Position numbers and translations under genes: made by a program | DNA from: Vicinamibacteria bacterium | Lineage (GTDB): Bacteria > Acidobacteriota > Vicinamibacteria > Marinacidobacterales > Marinacidobacteraceae | Assembly (NCBI GenBank): GCA_963668695.2 | Contig: CAXXLQ010000004.1 | Coordinates: 2,816,001 to 2,880,000 of the forward strand | Direction of reading: 5' to 3' | Length of the DNA: 64,000 nt | Notes under the pieces: generated by a model | Databases searched by the model: none | Told to the model about the DNA's origin: nothing | Seen by the model: the letters and a program-made list of their open reading frames with translations, nothing else | In this document: in pieces, positions 24,272 through 33,259 of the stretch | Position numbering within the stretch: the first letter of the stretch is position 1 | Layout: each line of letters starts with the position of its first letter

Positions 24272-26395
24272 TCAGTCTGATCCCGGCAGGTAGCGCTCCC
24301 GGAACTTCTCGATCGCCGGGAGGAGCGGTTGGCGATCGTGCAGGGTGCCGGCGAACAAGTCACCCAGCCGGTCGAGACGTTCGGGCAGGGTGGCGATCGT
24401 GAAGCGGTCGGGGCGGAGATCTCCGTCGAGTTCGTCCCAGTCCAGGGGAGCCGAGACCGATGCGGCCGGCACCGGACGCGCCGCATAGGGAGGAACCACC
24501 GTTTGCCCGCGCCGATTCTGGAGGAAGTCGAGGTACACCCGCCCCCGCCGCCGGGAGGTGGTCCGTTCGACGGTGGCGATGTCCCGGTGTTCGCCGGCAA
24601 CGTGGGTGGAAACCGCCTCGGCGAACTGACGGACCACGTCGTAGGGATAGATCGGTTCCAGCGGGACGTAGATGTGAAGCCCCGTCGCGCCGGACGTCTT
24701 CAGATAGGGGCGCAACCCGATCCCGCGAAGCACCTTGCCGAAGGCCCGGGCGAGGCGGACCACGTCGCTGAACGGTCCTCCCCCCGGGTCGAGATCGAAG
24801 ACCGCCCAGTCCGGTGTTTCGCGGTGCGTTCTCCGGGACAGCCAGGGGTGGATATCGATGCTCCCCAGGTTCGCGGCGAAGAGCAGCGCGGCCGCGTCGT
24901 TCACGATGAGGTAGCGGATCGTTTCACCCCGGTGACCCGAAGGGATCTCCTCGCTCACGATCCACTCCGGCGTGTGATCGGGGAGGTTCTTCTGGTAGAA
25001 GGCCTTGCCCCCGACGCCATCGGGATATCGAAGCAGGTGCGACGGGCGCTCGTGGAGGTAGGGGAGGAGGTGTTCGGCCACCCGGTCGTAGTAGCGGATC
25101 AGGTCTCCCTTCGTGTAGCCATGGTCCGGCCAGAACACCTTGTCCAGATTCGTGAAGCGGAGCGGCCTGGCCGACGCGCGCGCCGCCCGCTGCCGGGAGA
25201 GGCCCGCGAGGAGGTGATCGGACGGATCCCCGGTGCCGACGCTTCCGGCGGGAATGCGCAGGCAGTCGGCAAGGCGGTTCGGGTCGCCCGCAAGCACCGG
25301 CTCGGTCGGATATACGCCGGCGCTTCGCCGCGCGATCGTCCCGGGAAGCCCGGCGGCCTCGCAGGTCGCATGGAACTCTTGTCCGCGGACGGCCACATGG
25401 TCTCCGAAGAGCAGTGCGCCGCCGGGCGGCAGCAGGGTGGAGAGAAGGGTCTTCCGTTCGAGGAGGGGGACGTTCCGCACGTCCCACTCCTCGTAGCGGA
25501 GCAGGTCGTTCAGGTAGAGCGAAACCGGAATTGAGCGATCCCCCGCCAGGTACAACGCCAGGCGTTCACGGGAGGGCCGTTCGGTCTCGTCGGTGCTCAC
25601 GAGCGTCCCATGCGCGAGGAACTCTTCGGCGCGCAGAGATTCGGCGTCCGCCAGGATCTCTGGCAGCGCGAGTCGGATCCGGTCGTCTCCCGTTTCCAGA
25701 AACGCCCGGGCCTCGCGCCGCCCGAGAAAGACAGGGACGCCGTCGAGTTCCGGCTCGAAGATCCAGGCGCCATCCGTGAATGGTTCCCGCTCGCCCTGCG
25801 GGCGGACCGGAGTGGGAGGCGGTTCGCCGGTCCACGGCGCGGCTCCTTGCAGTTCGAAAAATGGCTGGCGATCCGATTCGCTGCGGACGTAGCGGTCACG
25901 CCCCTTGAAGAGGAGCCACTCGTCCTGCCCTCGCTTGGTTTTCACCAGGTGCCAGGAGCCTCGCAGCTTGCGGCCGGACAGGTGCACCACCAGCTTCCCG
26001 GCCTCGATCCCGGCGGCCCCCTGATCCTCGCCTCCCTCAGTGATCCGATAGGTGCCCCGGTCCCATATCGCCATGGTGCCGCCGCCGTACTCCCCCTCGG
26101 GAATCACCCCTTCGAAATGGGTGTACGCGAGCGGGTGGTCCTCGGTCCGCACGGCGAGCTTCTTGACCTCGGGGTCATAGCAAAAGCCCCGGGGCACGGC
26201 CCATGACCGGAGGACTCCGTGCATTTCCAGCCTCAGGTCGTAGTGGAGCCGGCGAGCCTCATGGCGGTGGACCACAAAGCGGCGGCCCGTCGGCAACGCC
26301 GTGCCCGGGGCGCCTTCCGGCGGGGGTTCGGGCGTGCGACCGAAATCCCGCTTCGTCACGTAAGCGGTGATCGTTTTGGATCGCTTGTCGGGCAT
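24272..26395 (-). CDS. ligD: LigD-like protein: 3'-phosphoesterase, degenerate ATP-ligase domain and PolDom primase-polymerase
   Basis: HEARRLHYDLRLE, SWAVP, EDHPLAY (PE domain); TNLDKVFWP, RYPDG, FDLDP, KTSG..GLH, DFLQN (Pol domain); ligase motif I reads EPELDG. Start could be 26431. Confidence 0.85.
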   Translation of the reverse strand: MPDKRSKTITAYVTKRDFGRTPEPPPEGAPGTALPTGRRFVVHRHEARRLHYDLRLEMHGVLRSWAVPRGFCYDPEVKKLAVRTEDHPLAYTHFEGVIPEGEYGGGTMAIWDRGTYRITEGGEDQGAAGIEAGKLVVHLSGRKLRGSWHLVKTKRGQDEWLLFKGRDRYVRSESDRQPFFELQGAAPWTGEPPPTPVRPQGEREPFTDGAWIFEPELDGVPVFLGRREARAFLETGDDRIRLALPEILADAESLRAEEFLAHGTLVSTDETERPSRERLALYLAGDRSIPVSLYLNDLLRYEEWDVRNVPLLERKTLLSTLLPPGGALLFGDHVAVRGQEFHATCEAAGLPGTIARRSAGVYPTEPVLAGDPNRLADCLRIPAGSVGTGDPSDHLLAGLSRQRAARASARPLRFTNLDKVFWPDHGYTKGDLIRYYDRVAEHLLPYLHERPSHLLRYPDGVGGKAFYQKNLPDHTPEWIVSEEIPSGHRGETIRYLIVNDAAALLFAANLGSIDIHPWLSRRTHRETPDWAVFDLDPGGGPFSDVVRLARAFGKVLRGIGLRPYLKTSGATGLHIYVPLEPIYPYDVVRQFAEAVSTHVAGEHRDIATVERTTSRRRGRVYLDFLQNRRGQTVVPPYAARPVPAASVSAPLDWDELDGDLRPDRFTIATLPERLDRLGDLFAGTLHDRQPLLPAIEKFRERYLPGSD

Positions 26396-26450
26396 GTCGG
26401 GCAGACCGAAACGCCGGTCTGGGTGCTCCATTCTGGCGGCTCCGGGACTA

Positions 26451-26651
26451 ACAGCCTGTCGACAAGGTCACGCGGCCCGGTTCTCCCGGTGGGGGCTCGG
26501 CTGGCGATGCATCCCGGCTGAACGGCGACGCTTTCGCGTCGCTCATCGTTGCGTTTCGCTCGAAATACACCAGGTATTTCCTCCCTCACGCGCCTTGTCA
26601 GCCGGGCGCCTCGCCAGCCTCGGCGCTCACGTCACTTTATCGACAGACTGT
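26451..26651 (+). mobile_element. MITE-like element copy
   Basis: TIR ACAGCCTGTCGACAA...TTATCGACAGACTGT; shared core CATCGTTGCGTTTCG.TCGAAATACACC...GCGCCTTGTCAGCCGGG. Confidence 0.8.
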
Positions 26652-26699
26652 TGGCGCGAAGGACGGTTTCCAAGCCGGCTTCCCCGGCGAGGTCATTCC

Positions 26700-26727
26700 T
26701 TGACAGAGGATCGGGGCGCGCTAATCT
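26700..26727 (+). promoter_or_regulatory. Sigma70-type promoter
   Basis: TTGACA (26700-26705), 16-bp spacer, TAATCT (26722-26727) in a GC-rich background. Confidence 0.6.
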
Positions 26728-26736
26728 GCCGTTACC

Positions 26737-26922
26737 CAGTCGGTTTCCCGCAACCGGCGTTACGGGTGCGCTCGTCCCGTGCGCGGCTCCAAGGGTCCGG
26801 GTTTCCGGGCCCACCTCCATCCGTCTCCTTCCTTCCTCAAAGGAGCCAGAACGGGACACCCCTTGGGGGATGTCCGGGAGCCGCGTCGGGCAGACAACTG
26901 TATCCGGTTGCCGGATCGGCTG
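26737..26922 (+). ncRNA. Candidate structured ncRNA or leader RNA (~185 nt), family unassigned
   Basis: Nested long-range complementarity (GCAACCGG/CCGGTTGC, CGCGGCTCC/GGAGCCGCG) encloses two hairpins; starts ~10 nt after the -10 box. Confidence 0.4.
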
Positions 26923-27077
26923 CCGCTCGGTCGGTAGTGCGCGCTGGCCGGGGAGTCCCGCCGGAAGAACTAGCCCGGATCGCCTGCCTCGCTCCCGTCT
27001 TTCCAGAGCGTCGAGGCCACCCCGAACCCGCTACCATCGGGACTCCGGGATTTCGCTCTGTGACTACCGTTCCGAAA

Positions 27078-27113
27078 CCATCAGTTTGCCCATCAGTTTG
27101 CCCATCGGTTTGC
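27078..27113 (+). repeat. Three 12-bp direct repeats CCATC(A/G)GTTTGC
   Basis: Directly visible, 55 bp upstream of the S9 peptidase start. Confidence 0.8.
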
Positions 27114-27168
27114 CTGGTTGAGACACGGAGCGGGGCGGTGACGTCCCCGGCAGCCGGAGGCCGCTCAG

Positions 27169-29367
27169 ATGCCGAAACTCCTGACTGATCCGTACCGGCC
27201 GTCATCTCGACCCTCGAGCCGGGGCCCTTGGCGTCCGGCGTTTCTCGCGGGGGCGATCCTCGTGGCCGCGTTCTTCATCGGCTGCGACGAGCCGGCGGAC
27301 GCTCCGAGCATGACGCTCGAGGAGATCCTCGACATCCGTCACCCGACCGAACCGGTCTGGACCCCCGACGGTTCCGAAGTCATCTTCGTCTGGGACCTGA
27401 ACCAGCAGATGGACCTTTACGCGGTAGAGCCCGGGTCCGGGGAGCCGCCGCGGCAATTGACCCGGTGGGGGGATTCCTACGAGGAGATTTCGGGTCTTTT
27501 CTGGGGCGCGGAGGGTGATGTCCTCCACTTCGTGCGCAATGGCCGGCTCTACCAAATGAATCCGGACCTCGCGGGAACCCTCAGAGCGGTGTTCCCTGAA
27601 GAACCGGGTGGAGAATCCGGCTTTGCTCCATCCCCGGACGGCGGGCGGGTGGCCTTCGCCCGGGGTGGCGATCTCCACGTCCGGGACCTTGCCGACGGCG
27701 CCGAGATGCAGTTGACCCGCACTGGCGACCGTTCGGAGGGCGGGGCCGCCTGGTCGCCGGACGCGCGTTTCATCGCCTACACGGTTTCGACCAGTGAGAC
27801 TTTGGACGAGACCCACGAGGTCTCCGGCGACAAGCTGGTGTTTCGGAGCTTTCCGGGGACTCCGCCCGACCTGTGGGCGGTGCCCGTCATCGCGGGCGGG
27901 GTGGCGCGGCGAATCGCCGCCGGCCCCGGTGCCGAATCGAGCCCCCGCTGGCTCGATGCGGCGCGCCTGATCTTCCAGGAGGTGTCCCCGGACCACCGCA
28001 CGCGTTCGGTGGTGCTTGCCGACCTCCGGGACGGCTCGTTGCGCACCCTTCACCGCACGGAGGACGAGAAGTGGTGGAGCCTCGCGTACCTGGGGGCGGA
28101 GCCGCGACCCTCGCCGGACGGAGCGTGGGTGGCTCTGCTCGATGACTCCTCAGGCTGGGATCAACTGGTAGTGGTTTCCGTCGCCGACGGTTCGGCGCAC
28201 GCGCTGACGGGCGAAGGAGAGGAGGCGCGGCGCTACGCCTGGTCGCCCGACGGCCGGTTCCTCGCCTGGGATGCGAACCCGGATCACCCCGGCCAACGCC
28301 AGCTCTTCGCCGTGGATGCCGCGGATCTGCCGGAAGCGACCCCGAGGCGATTGACCTCGGCTCGGGGAACGAACGTCCAGCCCGGCACGAGGAGCGGGTT
28401 CCTCCTGGCCTCGGAGCACGGCGGGTTCTCTCCGGACGGCAACCGCATCGTCTATCAGCACGCCGGTCCGCGCGCCCCGGCGGATCTCTTCGTGGTGGAC
28501 ACCGCCAGCTCCGGCGAACCGGTGCGGCTCACCAACTCATTGCCCGAGACGCTCGACCCGGCGCTCTTCACCGAGGGCGAGTTCGTCCGCTACCCGGCCC
28601 GCGACGGGGGAGAGGTCCCGGGCTATCTCTTCGTGCCTGACGGGCTCGACGGTTCCGTCCGGCATCCCGCCATCGTCTGGGTGCATGGCGACGGGATCGC
28701 GCAGAACTATGACGGCTGGCACGTCCGCCGCGACTACGGGGTGTACCACTCGTTCCACCAGCTCCTCGTTTCCGAGGGGTACGTCGTGTTCATGCCCGAC
28801 TATCGCGGCAGCATCGGATACGGCCGCGACTTCCGGCAGGAGTCGTACCGCGACGTGGGAGGAGGGGACTACCAGGATGTCGCCGCGGCGGGCGAATACC
28901 TGAAGACCCTCGAGTTCGTGGACCCGGATCGCATCGGCGTCTGGGGCCTCAGCTACGGAGGCTTCATGACGATGCAGGCGCTGACGCTCGATCCGACCCT
29001 GTTTGCCGGCGGAGTGAACGTCGCCGGCGTCGGGGACTTCCGCCTCTGGTTCCGTGATCCGGGCGGACGCTGGGTGGAAGGCCGCATGGGAACTCCGGAG
29101 GAGAACCCCGCCGTGTATGAGCTTGGGGCGCCGGCCGACCGGGTGGACCGTATCGAGCGTCCGCTCCTGATGCTCCATGGCACGCCGGACGTGAACGTGC
29201 CTTACTTCGAATCCATCAACCTGGCCGACCGCCTGCTGCGGGCCGGCAAGGACTTCGAGTTCGTCACCTACCCCGGCGAGTTCCACTACTTTCACCGTGA
29301 GCACGTGCTCCGGGACGCCTGGACCCGGGTGCGGCGCTTCTTCGGCCAGCACCTCCGCGGGTCGTAG
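27169..29367 (+). CDS. S9 (prolyl oligopeptidase/DPP-like) peptidase, lipoprotein
   Basis: WSPDG beta-propeller repeats; GLSYGG nucleophile, D.NV, GEFH; lipobox FFIGC. Confidence 0.9.
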   Translation: MPKLLTDPYRPSSRPSSRGPWRPAFLAGAILVAAFFIGCDEPADAPSMTLEEILDIRHPTEPVWTPDGSEVIFVWDLNQQMDLYAVEPGSGEPPRQLTRWGDSYEEISGLFWGAEGDVLHFVRNGRLYQMNPDLAGTLRAVFPEEPGGESGFAPSPDGGRVAFARGGDLHVRDLADGAEMQLTRTGDRSEGGAAWSPDARFIAYTVSTSETLDETHEVSGDKLVFRSFPGTPPDLWAVPVIAGGVARRIAAGPGAESSPRWLDAARLIFQEVSPDHRTRSVVLADLRDGSLRTLHRTEDEKWWSLAYLGAEPRPSPDGAWVALLDDSSGWDQLVVVSVADGSAHALTGEGEEARRYAWSPDGRFLAWDANPDHPGQRQLFAVDAADLPEATPRRLTSARGTNVQPGTRSGFLLASEHGGFSPDGNRIVYQHAGPRAPADLFVVDTASSGEPVRLTNSLPETLDPALFTEGEFVRYPARDGGEVPGYLFVPDGLDGSVRHPAIVWVHGDGIAQNYDGWHVRRDYGVYHSFHQLLVSEGYVVFMPDYRGSIGYGRDFRQESYRDVGGGDYQDVAAAGEYLKTLEFVDPDRIGVWGLSYGGFMTMQALTLDPTLFAGGVNVAGVGDFRLWFRDPGGRWVEGRMGTPEENPAVYELGAPADRVDRIERPLLMLHGTPDVNVPYFESINLADRLLRAGKDFEFVTYPGEFHYFHREHVLRDAWTRVRRFFGQHLRGS

Positions 29368-29419
29368 CAGCGTGTCGGTGGCAATGCGGGCAAGCGTGAC
29401 GCCCCCGAAGGACGCCCAG

Positions 29420-31615
29420 ATGTCAAAACTCCTCACCGACGTTTCCGGTTCTCCACCATCCGGTCCCATGTCGTTCTTTCGAGGAGCAGCGTTCGTGGCG
29501 GGGTCGGCGTTCCTCGCGGGGGGGCTCTTCGCCGGCTGCGACGAACCCGTGGAGGCGCCGCTCATGACCCTCGAGGACATCCTCGACATCCGCCACCCCA
29601 CCGAACCCGTGTGGAGCCCGGACGGGAGCCAGGTCGTCTTCGTCTGGGATCTGAACCAGCAGATGGATCTCTACGCGGTGGAGCCGGGCTCGGGCGAACC
29701 GCCTCGACAGCTCACCCGCTGGGGCGACTCCTACGATGAAATCTCCGACCTTTTCTGGGGCGCGGACGGTGACCTCCTCTATTTCGTGCGCAACGGGCGG
29801 CTCTATGAGATGAATCCGGACCTCGCGGGGACGCTTGAGACGGTCTTTCCCGACGAACCCGGCGGCGAATCCGGGTTTCAGCCGTCCAGAGACCGCCGGC
29901 GCATCGCCTTCAGCCGGGGCGGCGATCTCTACGTCCGGGAGCTTGCGCGCGGAGCGGAGATGCAGTTGACGCGCACCGGCGACCGCTCGGAGGACGGCGC
30001 CGTCTGGTCTCCGGACGGGCGGTTCCTCGCCTACACGGTTTCACGCCGCGAGACGCTGGACGAGACCCCCGAGATTTCCGGCGCCAGGCTCGTCTTTCGG
30101 CGGTCCCGGGGGTCGCCGCCGGACGTCTGGGCGGTGCCCGTCATCGCTGGCGGGGTGGCGCGGCGGATCGCCGCCGGTCCCGGCTCCCATGCAAGCCCCC
30201 GCTGGCTCGACGCAGCCCGGCTGATCTTCCAGGAAGTTTCCCCCGATTACCGGACCCGCTCGGTGGTGCTCGCGGACCTCCGGGACGGTTCGCTCCGGAC
30301 CCTCCACCGCACGGAGGACGAGAAGTGGTGGAGCCTCGGCTACCTGGGGGCGGAGCCGCGTCCGTCTCCCGACGGCGAGTGGGTGGCTCTTCTGGACGAC
30401 GCCTCGGGTTGGGATCAACTGCTGGTGGTCTCGGTGGCGGACGGCTCGGCGCACGCGCTGACCGGGGAAGGGGAGGAGGTGCGGCGGTACGCGTGGTCCC
30501 CCGACGGCCGGTCCCTGGCCTGGGACGCGAATCCGGATCATCCCGGGCAGCGCCAGCTCTTTGCCGTGGACACCGCGGATTTGCCCGTCGTCACGCCCAG
30601 ACGGTTGACCTCGGCGCGGGGAACGAACGTTCAACCGAAGAGGAGGACGGGGTTCCAACTATCCTCCGAACACGGTGGCTTCTCGCCCGACGGCAGCCGC
30701 ATCGTGTATCAGCACACGGGCCCGCGCGCCCCGCCGGATCTCTTTGTGGTGGACACCAGCGGCTCCGGTGAACCGGTGCGGCTTACGAACTCGCTTCCCG
30801 AGACGCTCGACCCGGCGCTTTTCACCGAAGGCGAATTCGTCCGCTTTCCAGCCCGGGACGGGGGCGAGGTTCCCGGCTATCTCTTCGTCGCCAAGGGGCT
30901 TGACCGTTCCGTCCGGCATCCCGCCGTCGTCTGGGTCCACGGCGACGGGATCGCCCAGAACTACGACGGCTGGCACCTCCGGCGCGACTACGGGGTGTAC
31001 CACTCGTTCCACCAACTCCTCGTTTCGGAGGGGTACGTCGTGCTCATGCCCGACTATCGCGGCAGCGTCGGTTACGGCCGCGATTTCCGGCAGGGGGTCT
31101 ACCGCGACGTCGGGGGGGAGGACTATCAGGACAACGCCGCGGCGGCCGACTACCTGAAGACCCTCGAGTTCGTGGATCCGGACGGCATCGGCATCTGGGG
31201 ACTCAGCTACGGCGGGTTCATGACGATGCAGGCGCTGACGCTCGACCCGACGCTCTTTGCCGCCGGGGTGAACGTCGCCGGCCCCGGGCAATTCCGCGAC
31301 AACCGAGGGCGCTGGGCAGTGGGGCGCATGGGGACTCCCGAGGAGAACCCCGCAGGCCATGACCTGGCGGCCCCCGCCGACCGCGTGGAACGCGTCGAGC
31401 GTCCGCTTCTGATGCTCCACGGGACATCGGACGTCAACGTGCATTACTTCGAGTCCGTCAACCTGGCCGACCGGCTGCTGCGGGCCGGCAAGGATTTCGA
31501 CTTCGTCACCTATCCCGGGGAGTTCCACTACTTTCACCGGGAGCACGTGCTCCGGGACGCCTGGACCCGGGTGCGGCGCTTCTTCGACGAGCATCTCGAG
31601 CCCGGCCCGAGGTAG
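29420..31615 (+). CDS. S9 peptidase, tandem paralog
   Basis: Same architecture, closely similar to the upstream copy; GLSYGG; lipobox LFAGC. Confidence 0.9.
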   Translation: MSKLLTDVSGSPPSGPMSFFRGAAFVAGSAFLAGGLFAGCDEPVEAPLMTLEDILDIRHPTEPVWSPDGSQVVFVWDLNQQMDLYAVEPGSGEPPRQLTRWGDSYDEISDLFWGADGDLLYFVRNGRLYEMNPDLAGTLETVFPDEPGGESGFQPSRDRRRIAFSRGGDLYVRELARGAEMQLTRTGDRSEDGAVWSPDGRFLAYTVSRRETLDETPEISGARLVFRRSRGSPPDVWAVPVIAGGVARRIAAGPGSHASPRWLDAARLIFQEVSPDYRTRSVVLADLRDGSLRTLHRTEDEKWWSLGYLGAEPRPSPDGEWVALLDDASGWDQLLVVSVADGSAHALTGEGEEVRRYAWSPDGRSLAWDANPDHPGQRQLFAVDTADLPVVTPRRLTSARGTNVQPKRRTGFQLSSEHGGFSPDGSRIVYQHTGPRAPPDLFVVDTSGSGEPVRLTNSLPETLDPALFTEGEFVRFPARDGGEVPGYLFVAKGLDRSVRHPAVVWVHGDGIAQNYDGWHLRRDYGVYHSFHQLLVSEGYVVLMPDYRGSVGYGRDFRQGVYRDVGGEDYQDNAAAADYLKTLEFVDPDGIGIWGLSYGGFMTMQALTLDPTLFAAGVNVAGPGQFRDNRGRWAVGRMGTPEENPAGHDLAAPADRVERVERPLLMLHGTSDVNVHYFESVNLADRLLRAGKDFDFVTYPGEFHYFHREHVLRDAWTRVRRFFDEHLEPGPR

Positions 31616-31657
31616 AGCAGATTCGGGCGGCCCGCACGCGCCGCGGCGCCGGCTCCG

Positions 31658-32827
31658 TCAGCCCAGGGCGGCGCGGAAACGGTGGGCCAGTTCGTCCGGT
31701 CCGGTCCGGTTCCAGGTCTCGTTGACGCCGATCATGAAACCGCCGTCCGACCGGACACCTCCCAGATCCACCTGCTGCTCGCCGAGGCGGCGCCGAAACG
31801 CCTCGGCTTCGGCGCCGGCTACCCACAGCCGGAACAGGTTGGTGCCGCCGGCCATCCGCTCGACGCGGAACGCCTCGTGCCGGTCCACCTCGGAAATGAA
31901 GGACTCGGAGACCGCCACCGCTTTCGCAAATCGCTCGATGAATCCCGGAAGAAAACTGAGCGCGACCGCCGCGAAGGGCCACGCGGCGGGGAGTCCGCTG
32001 CCGAACATTCGGCGGGTGTGGAACATGCCGTCGAGGAGGGAAGCCGGGCCCGCCAGAATGGCCCCGGAAGCTGCGTTGAAGTACTTGTAGAGCGACACGT
32101 AGACGGTGTCGAACGGGCGGGCCAACTCGGCGACGTCCATCCCGGAATAGGCGCTTTGCAGAAACATGCGCGCGCCGTCCAGGTGCAGCCGGATGCCTTC
32201 CCGGCGGGCAAACGCGGTGATCCGATCGAGTTCCCGCTGGTCGAACGTTTCCCCTGAGCGCCGCCGGACCGGCGTTTCTATCGAGATCACCGAGACCGGT
32301 CTCGAGACGCGCCCGCCACGAGTGCGGTCCACGATCTCCTCGACCTGTTCGAGGGTGAAGGTTGCCTTTCCGGGGGCCAGCGGAATCAGCGGGATCGCAC
32401 TCAGCGTCTGCACGCAGTCCCCGGAGTCGTTGTAGAGGTGAGCCTCGGCCTGGATGATCGCCCGCCCGCCGCCGGCTCCGGCGAGGGCGCGCACCGCGAG
32501 ATGATTGGCCAGCGTCCCCGTCGGCATGAAGACCGCGCGTTCCTTCCCCAGGATCGCCGCGAACTGCTCCTCCAGAGCCTGGACCGTGCCGCCGTTGGAA
32601 TAGGAATCGCGATGGATCCGGCCTTCGTCCGCCATCCGCGCCAGGAGGTGTCCCTGCTCGGAGGGAGTCAAACCGAGCCCGTCTCCCATCATGCGCACCC
32701 GTCTGGATTCGGAAGCAAGGGCGGACAGCGAGGCGGGGCCACCCGCAGCCGCCGCGGGTCCGAAGAGGCCCGCGCCGAGTCCGAGGGATCCGGCCTGAAG
32801 GAAGCGTCGTCTGGGAAAGTTGTTCAT
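31658..32827 (-). CDS. Low-specificity threonine aldolase/beta-eliminating lyase family PLP enzyme with Tat signal
   Basis: MNNFPRRRFLQ; FMPTGTLAN, HLDGAR, YVSLYK; GAGGA RBS. Confidence 0.8.
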   Translation of the reverse strand: MNNFPRRRFLQAGSLGLGAGLFGPAAAAGGPASLSALASESRRVRMMGDGLGLTPSEQGHLLARMADEGRIHRDSYSNGGTVQALEEQFAAILGKERAVFMPTGTLANHLAVRALAGAGGGRAIIQAEAHLYNDSGDCVQTLSAIPLIPLAPGKATFTLEQVEEIVDRTRGGRVSRPVSVISIETPVRRRSGETFDQRELDRITAFARREGIRLHLDGARMFLQSAYSGMDVAELARPFDTVYVSLYKYFNAASGAILAGPASLLDGMFHTRRMFGSGLPAAWPFAAVALSFLPGFIERFAKAVAVSESFISEVDRHEAFRVERMAGGTNLFRLWVAGAEAEAFRRRLGEQQVDLGGVRSDGGFMIGVNETWNRTGPDELAHRFRAALG

Positions 32828-33023
32828 GGCGTCCTCACTCTGTGGGCTCCTGGCTGCCGGTTGAGCTGCCGCGCCCGGATTCGCTTCCGGGGCCGGTTCT
32901 AGATCTGTTTCGATGGGAGCCGAGGTTGCTGAACCAGCGTATCCGGCTCGGTCCAGCCCGGCAACTTCGGTCCGGACCGCAGGGCCGTGAGACGACCCCA
33001 CCGTACGCGGTTCGAAAACTAAA

Positions 33024-33178
33024 GGCAGCGAACTTGGTTCGCTGCCCGCCAGCTCGGGGGGAAAGTGTGAAAGGGGGAACTCCCCCTTTCACAAGAAAAC
33101 AACGACCAATCGGAACTCGCCGCCGCGCGCCGCAGGCGCGCAAGGGAGTTTCGATTGCCGGCGCGCAGCGCCGGGCGG
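33024..33178. repeat. Dispersed multi-hairpin element, copy 1
   Basis: Homologous to 58328-58479; four stem-loops. Confidence 0.8.
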
Positions 33179-33259
33179 ACCTTGGACGGGGCCCGAACGT
33201 ATTTAGTCCCATGGCGAATCCAGGTCAGCCGCGGTGGCCCCGTCCAGGGTCCGCTCGAC

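Noticed and set aside
23775-26651. ligD flanked by inverted MITEs as a composite transposon
   Set aside because: Removing the left cluster restores a murA stop overlapping the ligD stop, so ligD was adjacent before the insertion
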